Origin: Octopus bimaculoides
Lineage: Eukaryota
Assembly: GCF_001194135.2 (NCBI RefSeq)
Contig: NC_068993.1
Location: 51,575,712 to 51,628,553, forward strand
Direction: 5' to 3'
Length of the DNA stretch: 52,842 nucleotides
The first letter of the stretch is position 1; the number at the start of each line of letters is the position of its first letter. The notes under the pieces are model-generated. The model saw only the letters and a list, made by a program, of their open reading frames with translations. It made no database searches and was not told the origin of the DNA. Positions 1 through 10,534 of the stretch are shown here, piece after piece. Made by a program: the position numbers and the translations under genes.

Positions 1-779
1 ATATATATATATATATATATAAATGTATATGTGAGTGCGTATACATGGATCGATGGATTCATACATGTGCATACATGTGTGTATGAGTGTCTATGCATAT
101 ATGACTATGTATGGGTGTGCGTGTGTACATTTCTGTTTATACAGGTCATACACATACATATATGCACACGTATATTTGTATATATACATATAATTATACA
201 TATATATATATACATATATATATANNNNNNNNNNNNNNNNNNNNNNNNNNNNNNNNNNNNNNNNNNNNNNNNNNNNNNNNNNNNNNNNNNNNNNNNNNNN
301 NNNNNNNNNNNNNNNNNNNNNNNNNNNNNNNNNNNNNNNNNNNNNNNNNNNNNNNNNNNNNNNNNNNNNNNATATATATATCATGTGTACGTGTGCATGT
401 TTGTGTATTGTTTATGTATGCGTGTATTTATGTATAAGAGTGTCTTGTGACTTATGATAACTGACCTAATTACAATATCGAACTGCTGCTGCTGCTTGTG
501 CTTCTGCTGCTTGTGCTTCTGCTGCTTGTGCTGCTGCTGCTGTTGGTTCTGTTGCAGCTGCGTTCATTTTCTTCTTTACTTCAGTTGTTGGTGATGCACT
601 CATTGCCGTCAATGTTACTTCACTGTTGCTTCTGCATTGTGAAGCCTCCCGAATTTACTAAAGAGCTGATACATTTGACATACAACCTTTTCGCTGTTAC
701 ATACACATTGAGTTCAATAATCGATTAGCTTTGGGTGACACCATTGAAGCCTATGTTCCTTTATGATGTGCATCTCGAA

Positions 780-828
780 CAGTGTCTCTCAACCACTTTT
801 ATTTGTGAATCACTTTGATTCCTATTTT
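780..828 (+). mobile_element. hAT/Charlie-like MITE terminus remnant
   Basis: CAGTGTCTCTCAACCACTTTT resembles CAGTG(G)TTCTCAAC termini; similar to 48303-48338 in this window. Confidence 0.35.
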
Positions 829-959
829 AGTCGGAATGACCCTCCTAGCCGACCCGAACCATAGCGTTCTTGGGAATTCTATTGACTCAGGTATAGCATC
901 AAACTCCAAAACTCTTCAGCACCCGACTGGGAGTTTCCCCACAGAATGCAGCAGAACGC

Positions 960-1270
960 TACTTAGTGGCCAGAGTATTGGGATCTCAATCATAATGTCG
1001 TGAGTTCGATTCCCTGTGGCGTATTGTGTCCTTGAGCAAGTCATTTTATTTCTCGTTGCTCCAGTTCGCTCATCTGGCAAACATAAGTTATACCTGTTGT
1101 TGAAAGGGTCAGCCTTGTTACCCACTGTGTGTAACTTCGAATCTATTTGATAATTACATGTATCGCGTATCTGCGGAGTGCTCAGCCATTTGCACGTCAA
1201 TTTCATTAGCAGAATATTAGGTTGATTGTATCAACTGGAACATTCATCGTCGTGACCGACGGAGAGCCAA
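960..1270 (+). mobile_element. tRNA-derived SINE, family C
   Basis: A-box-like TTAGTGGCCAGAG, B-box GAGTTCGATTCC, then TGTCCTTGAGCAAG..TTATTTC..GTTGCTCCAG; head shared with 19365-19505. Confidence 0.7.
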
Positions 1271-1660
1271 ACTACTTTTTTGTAGGGGTGTTTTGTTCTG
1301 ACTTTGCCCTCTCTGTTCCACTGGAGATTTTTCGGTTTCGTCAGGGCCACATCACAAACTAAAACTGACCACTTTCTCAGCTATTTTTGGTTCGTTGTCG
1401 ATACGGCCACCTTCTCACTCTATTAAAATTCTTTTGTTGAAATTTAACAAATAGATCAATTTCCATTGAACACACCTTTGATCAAAAGCTTTCGAAGCAC
1501 ATTCATCCTGGTTTTTTGAAGCGTATTCAAAGTGATCTTACTTGCTGAAGAATAGTCTTTTTAATTTTTTTGTATTTGAAGATTTCGTTACTATTTCTTG
1601 TAGGTTAAGAAACTAAGTAGGTATTTCCTCTTTACCACTTCTGCTTCCGATTGATAAATG

Positions 1661-1893
1661 TTGTTATATTAATTGATATTATATACATCAATTAATATAG
1701 TGTTCTATTAATTATTAATGAATATAACAATTAATATATAGCTGTATTAATTCGTAATGTATACATCAATTAATATATAGTTGTTTTAATTGGGAGTGTA
1801 CATGCCAATTAATAGTTGTTATATTAATTGATAGCCTGTATATCAATATATTGTATGTTAATTGGCAGTGTATATATCAATTAGTTATATTAA
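1661..1893. repeat. Degenerate AT-rich minisatellite, ~35-40 bp unit, ~6.5 copies
   Basis: Recurrent TTGTTATATTAATTG...ATCAATTAATATAG units. Confidence 0.75.
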
Positions 1894-1904
1894 TTCTTTC
1901 TTAT

Positions 1905-2078
1905 TTAGGCGCGTGGCTTGAAATTCAAGTCGGAGATGTTTAGACATCGACCCTAAGACTCGACTGGTTCTTCTTTTACCGATCCTCCAAAGGATCAGTA
2001 AAAGTTGACCTCTACGGAATCAGAAAGATGGACGATATACGGCAAAACATTTCGTCTGGCGTGCTAACGATTCTGCAT
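1905..2078 (-). mobile_element. SINE family A, diverged
   Basis: Reverse complement carries GCAGAATCGTTAGCACGCCAGACGAAATG head and GAGGTCAACTTT..GATCGGTAAAAG central domain. Confidence 0.75.
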
Positions 2079-2269
2079 AGTAAATCTTACAACTTTTCAT
2101 GTCGTTATTGTTTCTGCTCTGTATTTATCGTTGCGTTGTTCTTCAGCTCAAGTTTAGCTCTAACGGAACAGACTTATAACAAAATGCGTTCTAACCGTCC
2201 TTCGTGCTCATCTCATTATTTTGTTTATTGAGAGTACATTGTTCAATGTAACTTTTTGTTTAAAGCGCT

Positions 2270-2345
2270 AATATATAATTTGAGGGAGATTTAAGTTCTA
2301 TATTCAGCAGTTCGGAAGACTACGTAGAGATTACCTCGCTAACGT
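2270..2345 (+). repeat. Fragment of a dispersed repeat also present inverted at ~5470-5610
   Basis: TTTGAGGGAGATTTAAGTTCTATATTCAGCAGTT resembles the reverse complement of ~5478-5520 (TTTGAGGAAGATATATCTGTTATATCTAGTAGTT). Confidence 0.35.
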
Positions 2346-2552
2346 TCGCTAGATGGCACTTTGTAGTGCATTTCGGTGAAATCACTTACCGTTTATGTGT
2401 CATTTTATTTGAAAGTGTCTACATCCTCATAGAAACGTAGCTGAAAGAGTATGTCTTTTGTCCCAACGAAAAGAACGTTGAATCGAAAATAAGCATCATA
2501 AATCGGTGTCATTCATCCAATTTATTTGATGTGTATCTTTTATATTTACATC

Positions 2553-2863
2553 TTTCAGTCATTAAAAATGTGGAGATGCTGGGGCCTCACCCTTCAAGAG
2601 TTTAGTCGAAAATCGACCCAATACTTATTTTTAAGTGTTGTACTTGATCTATCAGTCTCTTTTGCCGAACAACCAGGTAAAAGTTGTCAATCAATGGTGG
2701 GGGCGACATATTTACAATAGGCTTGCATCAAATTCACTTGCAAGGCATTGGTCGACCGGGGGTTATAGTAGAAGTTAATTTGCCCAAGGTACTCTATTGT
2801 GGTAGTGAACCCAAATCCACGTGGTTACAAAGCGATCTACTTAACCACACAGCCATGCCTGCG
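2553..2863 (-). mobile_element. SINE family B (tRNA-like head, CORE-like ACCTTGGGCAA box, 3' module), diverged
   Basis: Collinear with the well-preserved copy at 42989-43374. Confidence 0.8.
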
Positions 2864-3595
2864 TATACCTAATATATAAAGTGTATATGTAATATCTAAT
2901 GTATATATTTCTGAGGTTTTGCAGTGTTACTAGAACGTAACAAAAATAAGAACTTATTGCAATAGAAACAATTTTCTTTATTGTATAGTAATAGCACGTG
3001 ATCATGAAATAAACAAAAGAACAGAGCTGTTTGTTTTGGTCCGCCTTAAATTAACGCTTGTAATCATTGAAAATATTTGCAGTTAAATCATTCATGAAAG
3101 AAACAAATGTTTCCAGTATATAACCTTTTCTTCGGTTACTTCTGAACATTTACTATTGATCAATAGTTAACATAGAAATATGTAATATTTTTCCCACCAC
3201 AGCAAACTCGTAACCTCCAGCGGTTCATTGTGCTTAACATTCCTTCAGTAATATCAATGACCAACTGAATCTGTTGCCAGGTTACTTTGATTGTGCAATA
3301 AAAAAACACATTTTTCTGATTTCTATTCGTATTCTCAATAAAAGGTCTCCATTCATTCAATAGATGTTCATGTATAGATCTTTGCCGTCATTATGAACGA
3401 AGGAAGCCAGCCTAAGGTTTAATAAATGGCAACAGCGATTTACGACAAGCACCAGCTATTATGTATTTGCACGACATGCTAGAAATAACAGTCAAATTTA
3501 TCCTAAATCTTACTCCATCGGCATAAAATATAAAAGAATGCTTTCGATAAAGTACCTGTAAATACATTATCTCTGAAAATGAAACTTGAGATAGA

Positions 3596-3662
3596 TCGGA
3601 GCTGGCCAGCCTGAGGCCCGCGGGCTGCATGTACCTCGCAGACTTTTACCTTCCGGCCCTCT
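3596..3662 (+). mobile_element. hAT-type terminal remnant
   Basis: GGCCAGCCTGAGGCCCGCGGGCTGCATG resembles the GGCCAACCTGCGGCCCGCGGGCCGCATG subterminal motif of hAT/Charlie-SPIN-like elements. Confidence 0.5.
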
Positions 3663-3724
3663 TGATACTTTCTTGAAATGGGTGACCTCTTTCTATATTT
3701 AATTTCAAAATAGAATTGTTTGTG

Positions 3725-4245
3725 TAAAACATTTGTTTCAGTTCTATTTCCAAATTTCTTGCCAATAGAGAAAGAGCCAGTGTCTAACCTGGATCCAAAG
3801 CTCTTTCATTGGAATTTCAACATCAGCAACAGGGTATGTATGTATGTATGGATGGATGGATGGATGGATGGATGGATGGATGGATGGATGGATGGATGGA
3901 TGTATACGTGCAGATTTGTATGTTTTGTTTTATGTTTATCTTTTCGTGCATATACTTGCATATCTAGACATGCTCATATGTACTTGAATGATAAACCTCT
4001 GGAAAGTTTTACAGATGTTTACAGTTCCAGCATTGGCTTAGATCTATAGTCTTCGAATCAGCTGTCTGTAATTTCGTTTTGAGAAGCCTAATTTCCCAAG
4101 GTGGGTATTTAGGTAGTTTTGTTACATATCCCAGTGCCTCAATAATTTCAGTTACAAACCTGAACTTGTAATCTGGATAGCAAGTGCAGACTTCTCAATA
4201 GTTCAGCATAGGTACTCTCTTTATCACTGATCTTCAACTTTGTTT
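3725..4245 (-). mobile_element. 5'-truncated non-LTR retrotransposon of restriction-like-endonuclease type (R4/Dong/NeSL-like): C-terminus plus 3' UTR
   Basis: Frameshifted minus translation [66 protein letters not shown] matches the K..Y / I.IGALG.V end of RLE ORFs; the 3' UTR contains an (ATCC/ATAC)n tract. Confidence 0.7.
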
Positions 4246-4344
4246 GTATGTATGTATGTATGTATGTATGTATCTATCTATCTATCTATCTATGCATGTA
4301 TGTATGTATGTATGTATGTATGTATATACACACAATAATAAATA

Positions 4345-4507
4345 GACATACCATGGCCTTCAGCACGGCTCCTGTCTAATAAATTGCGCTCACAATGCAC
4401 TGACCATACCGCGGTTATATTAGAAGATGACTGTCCAATATATGATGTGAAGGTTTCGAACCAAGTTGTTTTTAAAAGCGAACTTCTTAACCACAGAGCC
4501 ATGCCTA
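4345..4507 (-). mobile_element. SINE family B head, strongly diverged
   Basis: Reverse complement AGGCATGGCTCTGTGGTTAAGAAGTTCGC..GGTTCGAAAC. Confidence 0.6.
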
Positions 4508-5799
4508 CATCGTATTAATGACGCAGTCATGTCTGCATCGTATATGATGCTATGGTGTTTAGAATATAAAAGAAATTTGAATTGAACGCTTAGATATGAA
4601 GGAATAATTACTGGTAACATTGATAAAAATGTATAAAGAAAGATTATATTATCTCGGTTCGCTACGGCTCTCTATAGCCCGGCTAATTTCTTAACACTCA
4701 AACACAATTCTTTGTATGAAAATCTATATAGCAAGCTAATATGATTTTTCGATTCAGTAGCCAAAATTACATAAGAACAAATTGTATCTATTATTCAGCA
4801 ATAATCATGCAGAACAGTAATATCATTGATCATCCCATTGTAATATCAGGGTGAGAAATAGATATAGAATGGATACAGAAAATTATTAAGACAAACCAGG
4901 ATAAAAAACAAATAATATAAAATAATAAAAATGTGATAGAATAGAATTGAAGCTGAAAGGTTAACCTATTGATCTGTACGCCTAGATACTTTGATATATG
5001 ATACTAGAATTTACTAGTATAACAGTAGACATTATAAACACCAATTTCAAACGGCAATGAGAATCAAACCCATTAACGGGGATCAAAACACGTATTTATT
5101 GCCGGGTGGACGACTGCATTAGCAATTATATTACCTATATTACAACATACTCTCGTCTGTAGGGGTCTTTCTCTTTTCTGTCTCAAAATTTTACTTGTAA
5201 AGCAAAGTACCTATTGCATAAAACTATAATTATTTAATTCATAATTTAATAGGAGCTTCAGTATTCTCATTTGGGAGAATGTAATTCTAGATTCTAATTT
5301 CCATATAAAAACCATTATTCATAGTTCATTGTTATGTCTTGAGTCTTTGGGGCATGACTGAAGACTTCCTTTCCAAGCAATCATACCAATTCATGACATG
5401 TTTAGAAGTTAGTTTTGACTGCCTTTTACGCATCGCTGAAACTTAACGAACCAACATGAAAGCCACCAGGTTATTTCTCAACTACTAGATATAACAGATA
5501 TATCTTCCTCAAACCAGACCCTGTTGTATAGAGGAAGTGAGGGGAATGTAATCCTAGACACTTTATTTAGAAAATAAAGGACAGGAGGGTCAACACTGAG
5601 AATCTCTCAGCCATAAGTCAGATTAATTATGGCTGAAAGTCAGGATTGAAGGCAGCATCGATGACGCCTATATGGCCTCCAAGGCTGATGAGGGAGAGGA
5701 AGGTATCCTCAAATTGGAGAGCTTGCACTAGAGTAAACTCGAGTTGACCAGGTAATAGTGTTAAACCGGCTAACGTATAATTTCAAACATACAACTAGG

Positions 5800-6035
5800 C
5801 CATAGTGGTATTTGAATTCGGGATGCAAAGAGCCGCTACAGATACCGCAAATCATCCGGACTCACGAGCTTACATTTCTGTCAACCCCACACTTTTGACT
5901 GCTACGTTGTTTTATCGATCCTGGAAAGATGACATGCAACGTTTACCCCGGTGGGATTTGAACTCAAAGAGCCAAGTATCGGAATAAATACCGTGAAGCA
6001 TTCTATCCGCCGCTAAAATGACACCACTAATTCCC
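5800..6035 (-). mobile_element. SINE family A, two partial diverged copies
   Basis: TTTTATCGATCC..GGGATTTGAACTC..AAATACCG..AAGCATT motifs; a second TTTGAATTC..ATACCGCAAA fragment at ~5805-5860. Confidence 0.6.
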
Positions 6036-6059
6036 TGGCGGTGGAAAAGAAAAAAGTAT

Positions 6060-6180
6060 AATGGTTTCTAATTTAGGCACAAGGCCAGTAATTCTTAGAG
6101 GAAGGGGCTGGTCGATACTATCGACCTCAATGCTCGACTGGTATTTAAATATATCGACCCCGGAGGGATAAAAGGCTAAG
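6060..6180 (-). mobile_element. SINE family A 3' part
   Basis: GGTTTCTAATTTAGGCACAAGGCCAG..GTCGAT..ATCGACC..GACTGGTATTTA..ATCGACCCCGGAGGGATAAAAGG. Confidence 0.8.
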
Positions 6181-6394
6181 TAAGAATTATTTATAGCAGT
6201 TTATGTAAATAACAAAGATATGCTAAATAATTATTTAAATTATTCAGCATTTAAAAAGTGAACAAATATTTGTTGTAAACAACGATCGAATAAAATTCAC
6301 GTCTGAGACGGATAAATTGTCAGTAAACTGAGAATGAATATTTATAAACTTTGAAATTTAGTGACTTCGTAAATATTGTGTCTAATTCTGATTG

Positions 6395-6600
6395 AAGGAC
6401 AGCAATTTTGAAGGGAGGGGGCAACTGGATTTCTTCCACCTCAGTACTTGACAGGTATTCTACTTTATCGACCCCGAAAGAAGGAAAAACAAAGCGAAAT
6501 TGACGTCGTTGATATTTGAATTCAGAACGTAAAGAGCGGGAAATTATGCTGCTCGGCACTTTGTCCGACGCACCAACGATTCTGCCAATTCACCGCCTTT
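6395..6600 (-). mobile_element. SINE family A
   Basis: TTTATCGACCCCGAAAG..ATTTGAATTCAGAACGTAAAG..CCAACGATTCTGCCAATTCACCGCCTT. Confidence 0.85.
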
Positions 6601-6654
6601 AGGAGCTCCATAACTATTTTTTATAAGTTTAGAATAAGGACCACCAATATGAGA

Positions 6655-6818
6655 ATAGAGAGCAAGTGGATTACGTCGCCGCCAGTTCGTTACTTGTACT
6701 TTACTCCATCGAGCCCCGAATGGTTGAAAAGAAAAGTTGACCTCGACAGGTTTTGAACACAAAAGAAATGCCGCTAAGCTCTTTGTCTAACGCGTGAATA
6801 CTTCTGCCAGCTTTGCCG
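6655..6818 (-). mobile_element. SINE family A, diverged
   Basis: ATCGAGCCCCGAATGG..AAAGTTGACCTCGAC..AAATGCCGCTAAGC..TTCTGCCAGCT. Confidence 0.75.
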
Positions 6819-7077
6819 TTTTTGGTGGCTTCTTAATTATAAATGTCAAATAGGTCTCCAAGTATGTGAACTGAGGGAAACAGTAGAACATTGGATAAAA
6901 TTCTCAGCAGTATTTTGAGACTGTCCTTTAGATTATGATTTCCCAAACCCACTACAATATGGTTTTAGTATTTTGCCATTTTGGGAGCGATGCAAGAAAT
7001 GCAAATGAATTACTGAATTCGTTATACTTGACGATATACCTTCACTAAAATCTAGGTGTTTGAAGTAATATAAGACG

Positions 7078-7465
7078 TAGGCATTGCTGTTTGGTTGAGA
7101 AGCTCGCGTTGCACCTTGGGTAAATGTCCACAACCACAACCTCTGGCTAAGTAAAGCCTTATTAGTGTACTTGGTGGACGGAAGCTGAGAGAATACCATC
7201 AATTATCAATGTGTGTTTGTGTGTCTGTGTGTCTGTGTGTCTTTGTGTTTCTCTTTGTCCCCAACACCGCTTGGCGACAGGTGTTAGTTTGTTTACGCCT
7301 CCGTAACATAGTGTCCAGCAAAAAAAAAAAAACCATGAAAGAATAAATACAGAGATTGATAAGAAATAAGTAATGGTGCCGATTTTTTTTACTGCAGACT
7401 TCAAGGTGGTGCCCCAGCATAGTCAGAGTCAAAACGACTGAAGACTATTTGAAAAAATAAAAAGA
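7078..7465 (+). mobile_element. SINE family B, near full length, diverged
   Basis: CACCTTGGGTAAATGTC, GGTGGACGGAAGCTGA, internal (TG)n, 3' module GGTGGTGCCCCAGCAT..GACTGAA. Confidence 0.8.
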
Positions 7466-8314
7466 TGAAAGACATCTGTTTTAATAATAGGTTTAAGCCC
7501 TGTGTTCAAATCAAGTCAGGATAAAATTCATTGTTTATATCTCCAGGTGATAGAATTAATATCAGATAGATATCGTGCTTCATTGCATTGATTCTCTCCC
7601 TTTATTACAGTCCTCGTAATTCGTACTATATCGAGGACTCGGGACTACGAATTCACGGGGACGATAAAGGAAATACCAGACAGCTAGAAAACTTTATTGC
7701 ATCGAATCTCTTTCTTTCTCACAGTCTTTGTAATTCGTATTATAATTGGTGCTCGAAACTCCGGATTCATTTGTGCTACATTCGTGACAATAACATCTGT
7801 TAATTCACTCTAGAATTGTGTTTTAACTACAATTCTTGAGTTTAGTTAAAATAAAGAATTGTTATTTCTCAATAGAAAAATATGAAGAAAATATTATTAA
7901 AGAAGATTTTCTCAAACTCATTAAAATTACATTTGTAAAGTTAACACTTTTAAAACCATCTATTTTTTAGGTTTGTTTCTTCGGCTACTTTTTATTTAAC
8001 ACTTAGAAATTCAAATCATTCAAGCATAACGGATCAATCTGACAATCTTAGAATTGTGAAGATAAAGGGGAGTGAAGGTAAAAAAATTACAATGAAAATA
8101 AAAAATACAGACACCAAACTTAAAGTAGATTTCGTTGAAGATAAAGAATATCTAAACCTCTTAGTTTTGATTAATTCAAAACCTATTCCATTCTTATTTA
8201 GTTATTCATTTAAACTTTTGTTTCGTTATTTATTTGTGCATAGTTAGTTTTTATGTTTGTGCAAATATACGTGTGTCTCCGCAAGTATATACATACATAC
8301 ATACATACATACAT

Positions 8315-8360
<46 letters not shown>

Positions 8361-9711
8361 TTGTGGGGGCATACACACACATACACATATTTATATGAAG
8401 AGAGAGAGAGAGTGCGTGTATATATGTGTGTATTGCATATATTATATATGTATATATATATATATATGTGTGTATGTGTGTGTATTGTATATGTATGTAC
8501 ATATATATATTGTATATGTTTTCTATCTATATGTATATATATATATGTCCATATATATACATTTATACTTACATATATATAAATAAATATATATGTCTGC
8601 CTTATGTATGTATAGGTGTGTGTATGTGTGTGTGTGTATGTGTGTGTGTGTGTATGTGTGTGTGTGTATGTGTGTGTGTGTATAATTTCGCTGGAAATAT
8701 TCAGAACCACGCGGCGAGAATAAAGAAATAACCGAATAAGTGAATTTAAGAAAAAGAAGCAATCATTTTCTCCTTAGTTTAACTAATTTCAAATCATTTA
8801 CAAAACAAAACAAAACAAAAAGAAACGATAAACCTCCCTCACAAAACTGAACTACAATAAAATAAAATAAAATTTACATTATCACTGAAGGAGAGGACAA
8901 TAGTTTGTCACGTACTGACATACAGATAAGAGACAGTTCTTGATTAATAATCACGCACAATGAGTAACCAACATCATGTAGATGGGGGCTTTGTTTTGTT
9001 TCTTTCCCAGTAATATGGGAAAATCACCTTGATGAAATTTTGATTGAACATCAAATCATTGAAGAGACAAAAGGGGAAAAGAAAGGGGAGATAAAAACAT
9101 AACTACAACCGGAAATCTTAACTGAGAAAAAAAAAATCATACTGTTGCTAGAGAGAAATTGTTTTTTATTGTATCATTTTTAAAATTTTTGTTTTTTGCC
9201 CGTCAGCAAAATGTGTCCAACACAAGAATGATGTTGGTTTGCAATGCGGTTTCAGCACTGCTGCGAACGTTAAGCTGACGGCTCAAAATTTATAGTCGCA
9301 GTTTGATGGAATATTTGTGTTGCATTGCAGAAAACCTATCCAAAATTTTCCAAATTTTGCCTCAACGCATACCAACGTCATCCAACATGACAAACCAGAA
9401 ATAAAACATATAACAATAAGCGTATGCGTATATGTACATATGTACTCATACACACACTGTGTATATATATATATGTAATTACAGTGTTAGAGGGGGAGAG
9501 AAAGTGAAAGACAAACAGACAGACAGTCAAAGAAAAAGTGAGAGAGGTAGGCATTAGCTTTTACGTCGAGTTATATATAAGAAAATCAATTTAACATTAA
9601 ACTGAAGGATTAGAAAATACATTTAGTAGAGTACATGTTTATTAAACTTTTACAGGGAAAATATTGGCAGTGACCTCGAATCGAAGAGAACATACACACA
9701 TACACACACGC

Positions 9712-9742
<31 letters not shown>

Positions 9743-9944
9743 TATATATATGTATACATTGTTGTGTATATAAACATATGCGTGTATACATACTTATACA
9801 TGAATGTGTACGTACACACACACACAAATATATATTTATATACAGAGAGGGAGAGAGATAGACAGACACAGACAAAGATATATATGTACGTATGTATGTA
9901 TATATAAATGTATGTATGTATGTATGTATTTATTTTTGTATGTA

Positions 9945-10170
9945 TGCAATCGGATATGCAAACTATGCGGGTGTATTTTCAAAACATTGTCTGGTTTAAA
10001 AAGCCACATCAGATGCCATGATGGTTCTAAGGTGTAGGTACAGGAGGTGGTCAAACTATGCATAAGGAGTAGACCACCATGTATGTATGTACGTACGTAC
10101 GTATGTATGTACGTACGTACGTACGTATGTATGTATATATGTATGTATGTATGTATGTACGTATGTATGT
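9945..10170 (+). mobile_element. 5'-truncated RTE-like LINE 3' end with one C2H2 finger, 3' hairpin and (ATGT/ACGT)n tail
   Basis: CKLCGCIFKTLSGLKSHIRCH = C-x2-C-x3-F-x5-L-x2-H-x3-H, stop at 10035-10037, inverted repeat GGTGGTC..GACCACC (10046-10078), then tail. Confidence 0.7.
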
Positions 10171-10534
10171 AAAACTGGGCTTATGATTCATCTTCGTAGT
10201 CATAAAGCAAGACCGATGATTGCCTACCAGGCCGCTGGTGATGATGCTACACATCATACTAATCATGTCTGCCGGGCATGTGGAAGGGAGTGTGATTCAG
10301 CAGGAGGACTTAAACGACACGCAAAGGTACATGGAGCCCAATTACAACAACAGCCAGCTATTGCCAGTAAAGGTTTTGGATGCCAACTCTGTGCAAGACA
10401 TTGTAGATCTTTGGCTGTACTAAAAAGTCACATTCGATCACAGCACCGTTAAGTTAAGCTTCGTGCAATGGTCATACTCGATAACGAGGGGGCAGCCATC
10501 ATGTATGTATGTATGTATGTATGTATGTATGTAT
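10171..10534 (+). mobile_element. 5'-truncated RTE-like LINE 3' end encoding 2.5 C2H2 fingers, 3' hairpin and (ATGT)n tail
   Basis: KTGLMIHLRSH..CRACGRECDSAGGLKRHAKVH..CQLCARHCRSLAVLKSHIRSQH*, stop at 10450-10452, hairpin ATGG..CTCG-ATAA-CGAG..CCAT (10468-10499), tail 10501-10534. Confidence 0.75.

Noticed and set aside
960-1020. tRNA genes here and at other A/B-box sites
   Set aside because: No complete cloverleaf; each continues into a shared SINE body.
3395-3590. Possible decayed LINE RT fragment (..KNAFDKVP..)
   Set aside because: Only one short motif with several required frameshifts; too weak to call.
9945-10452. Member of a host C2H2 zinc-finger gene cluster
   Set aside because: No TGEKP linkers, abrupt 5' truncation in microsatellite, and retroposon-type hairpin plus tail after each stop.
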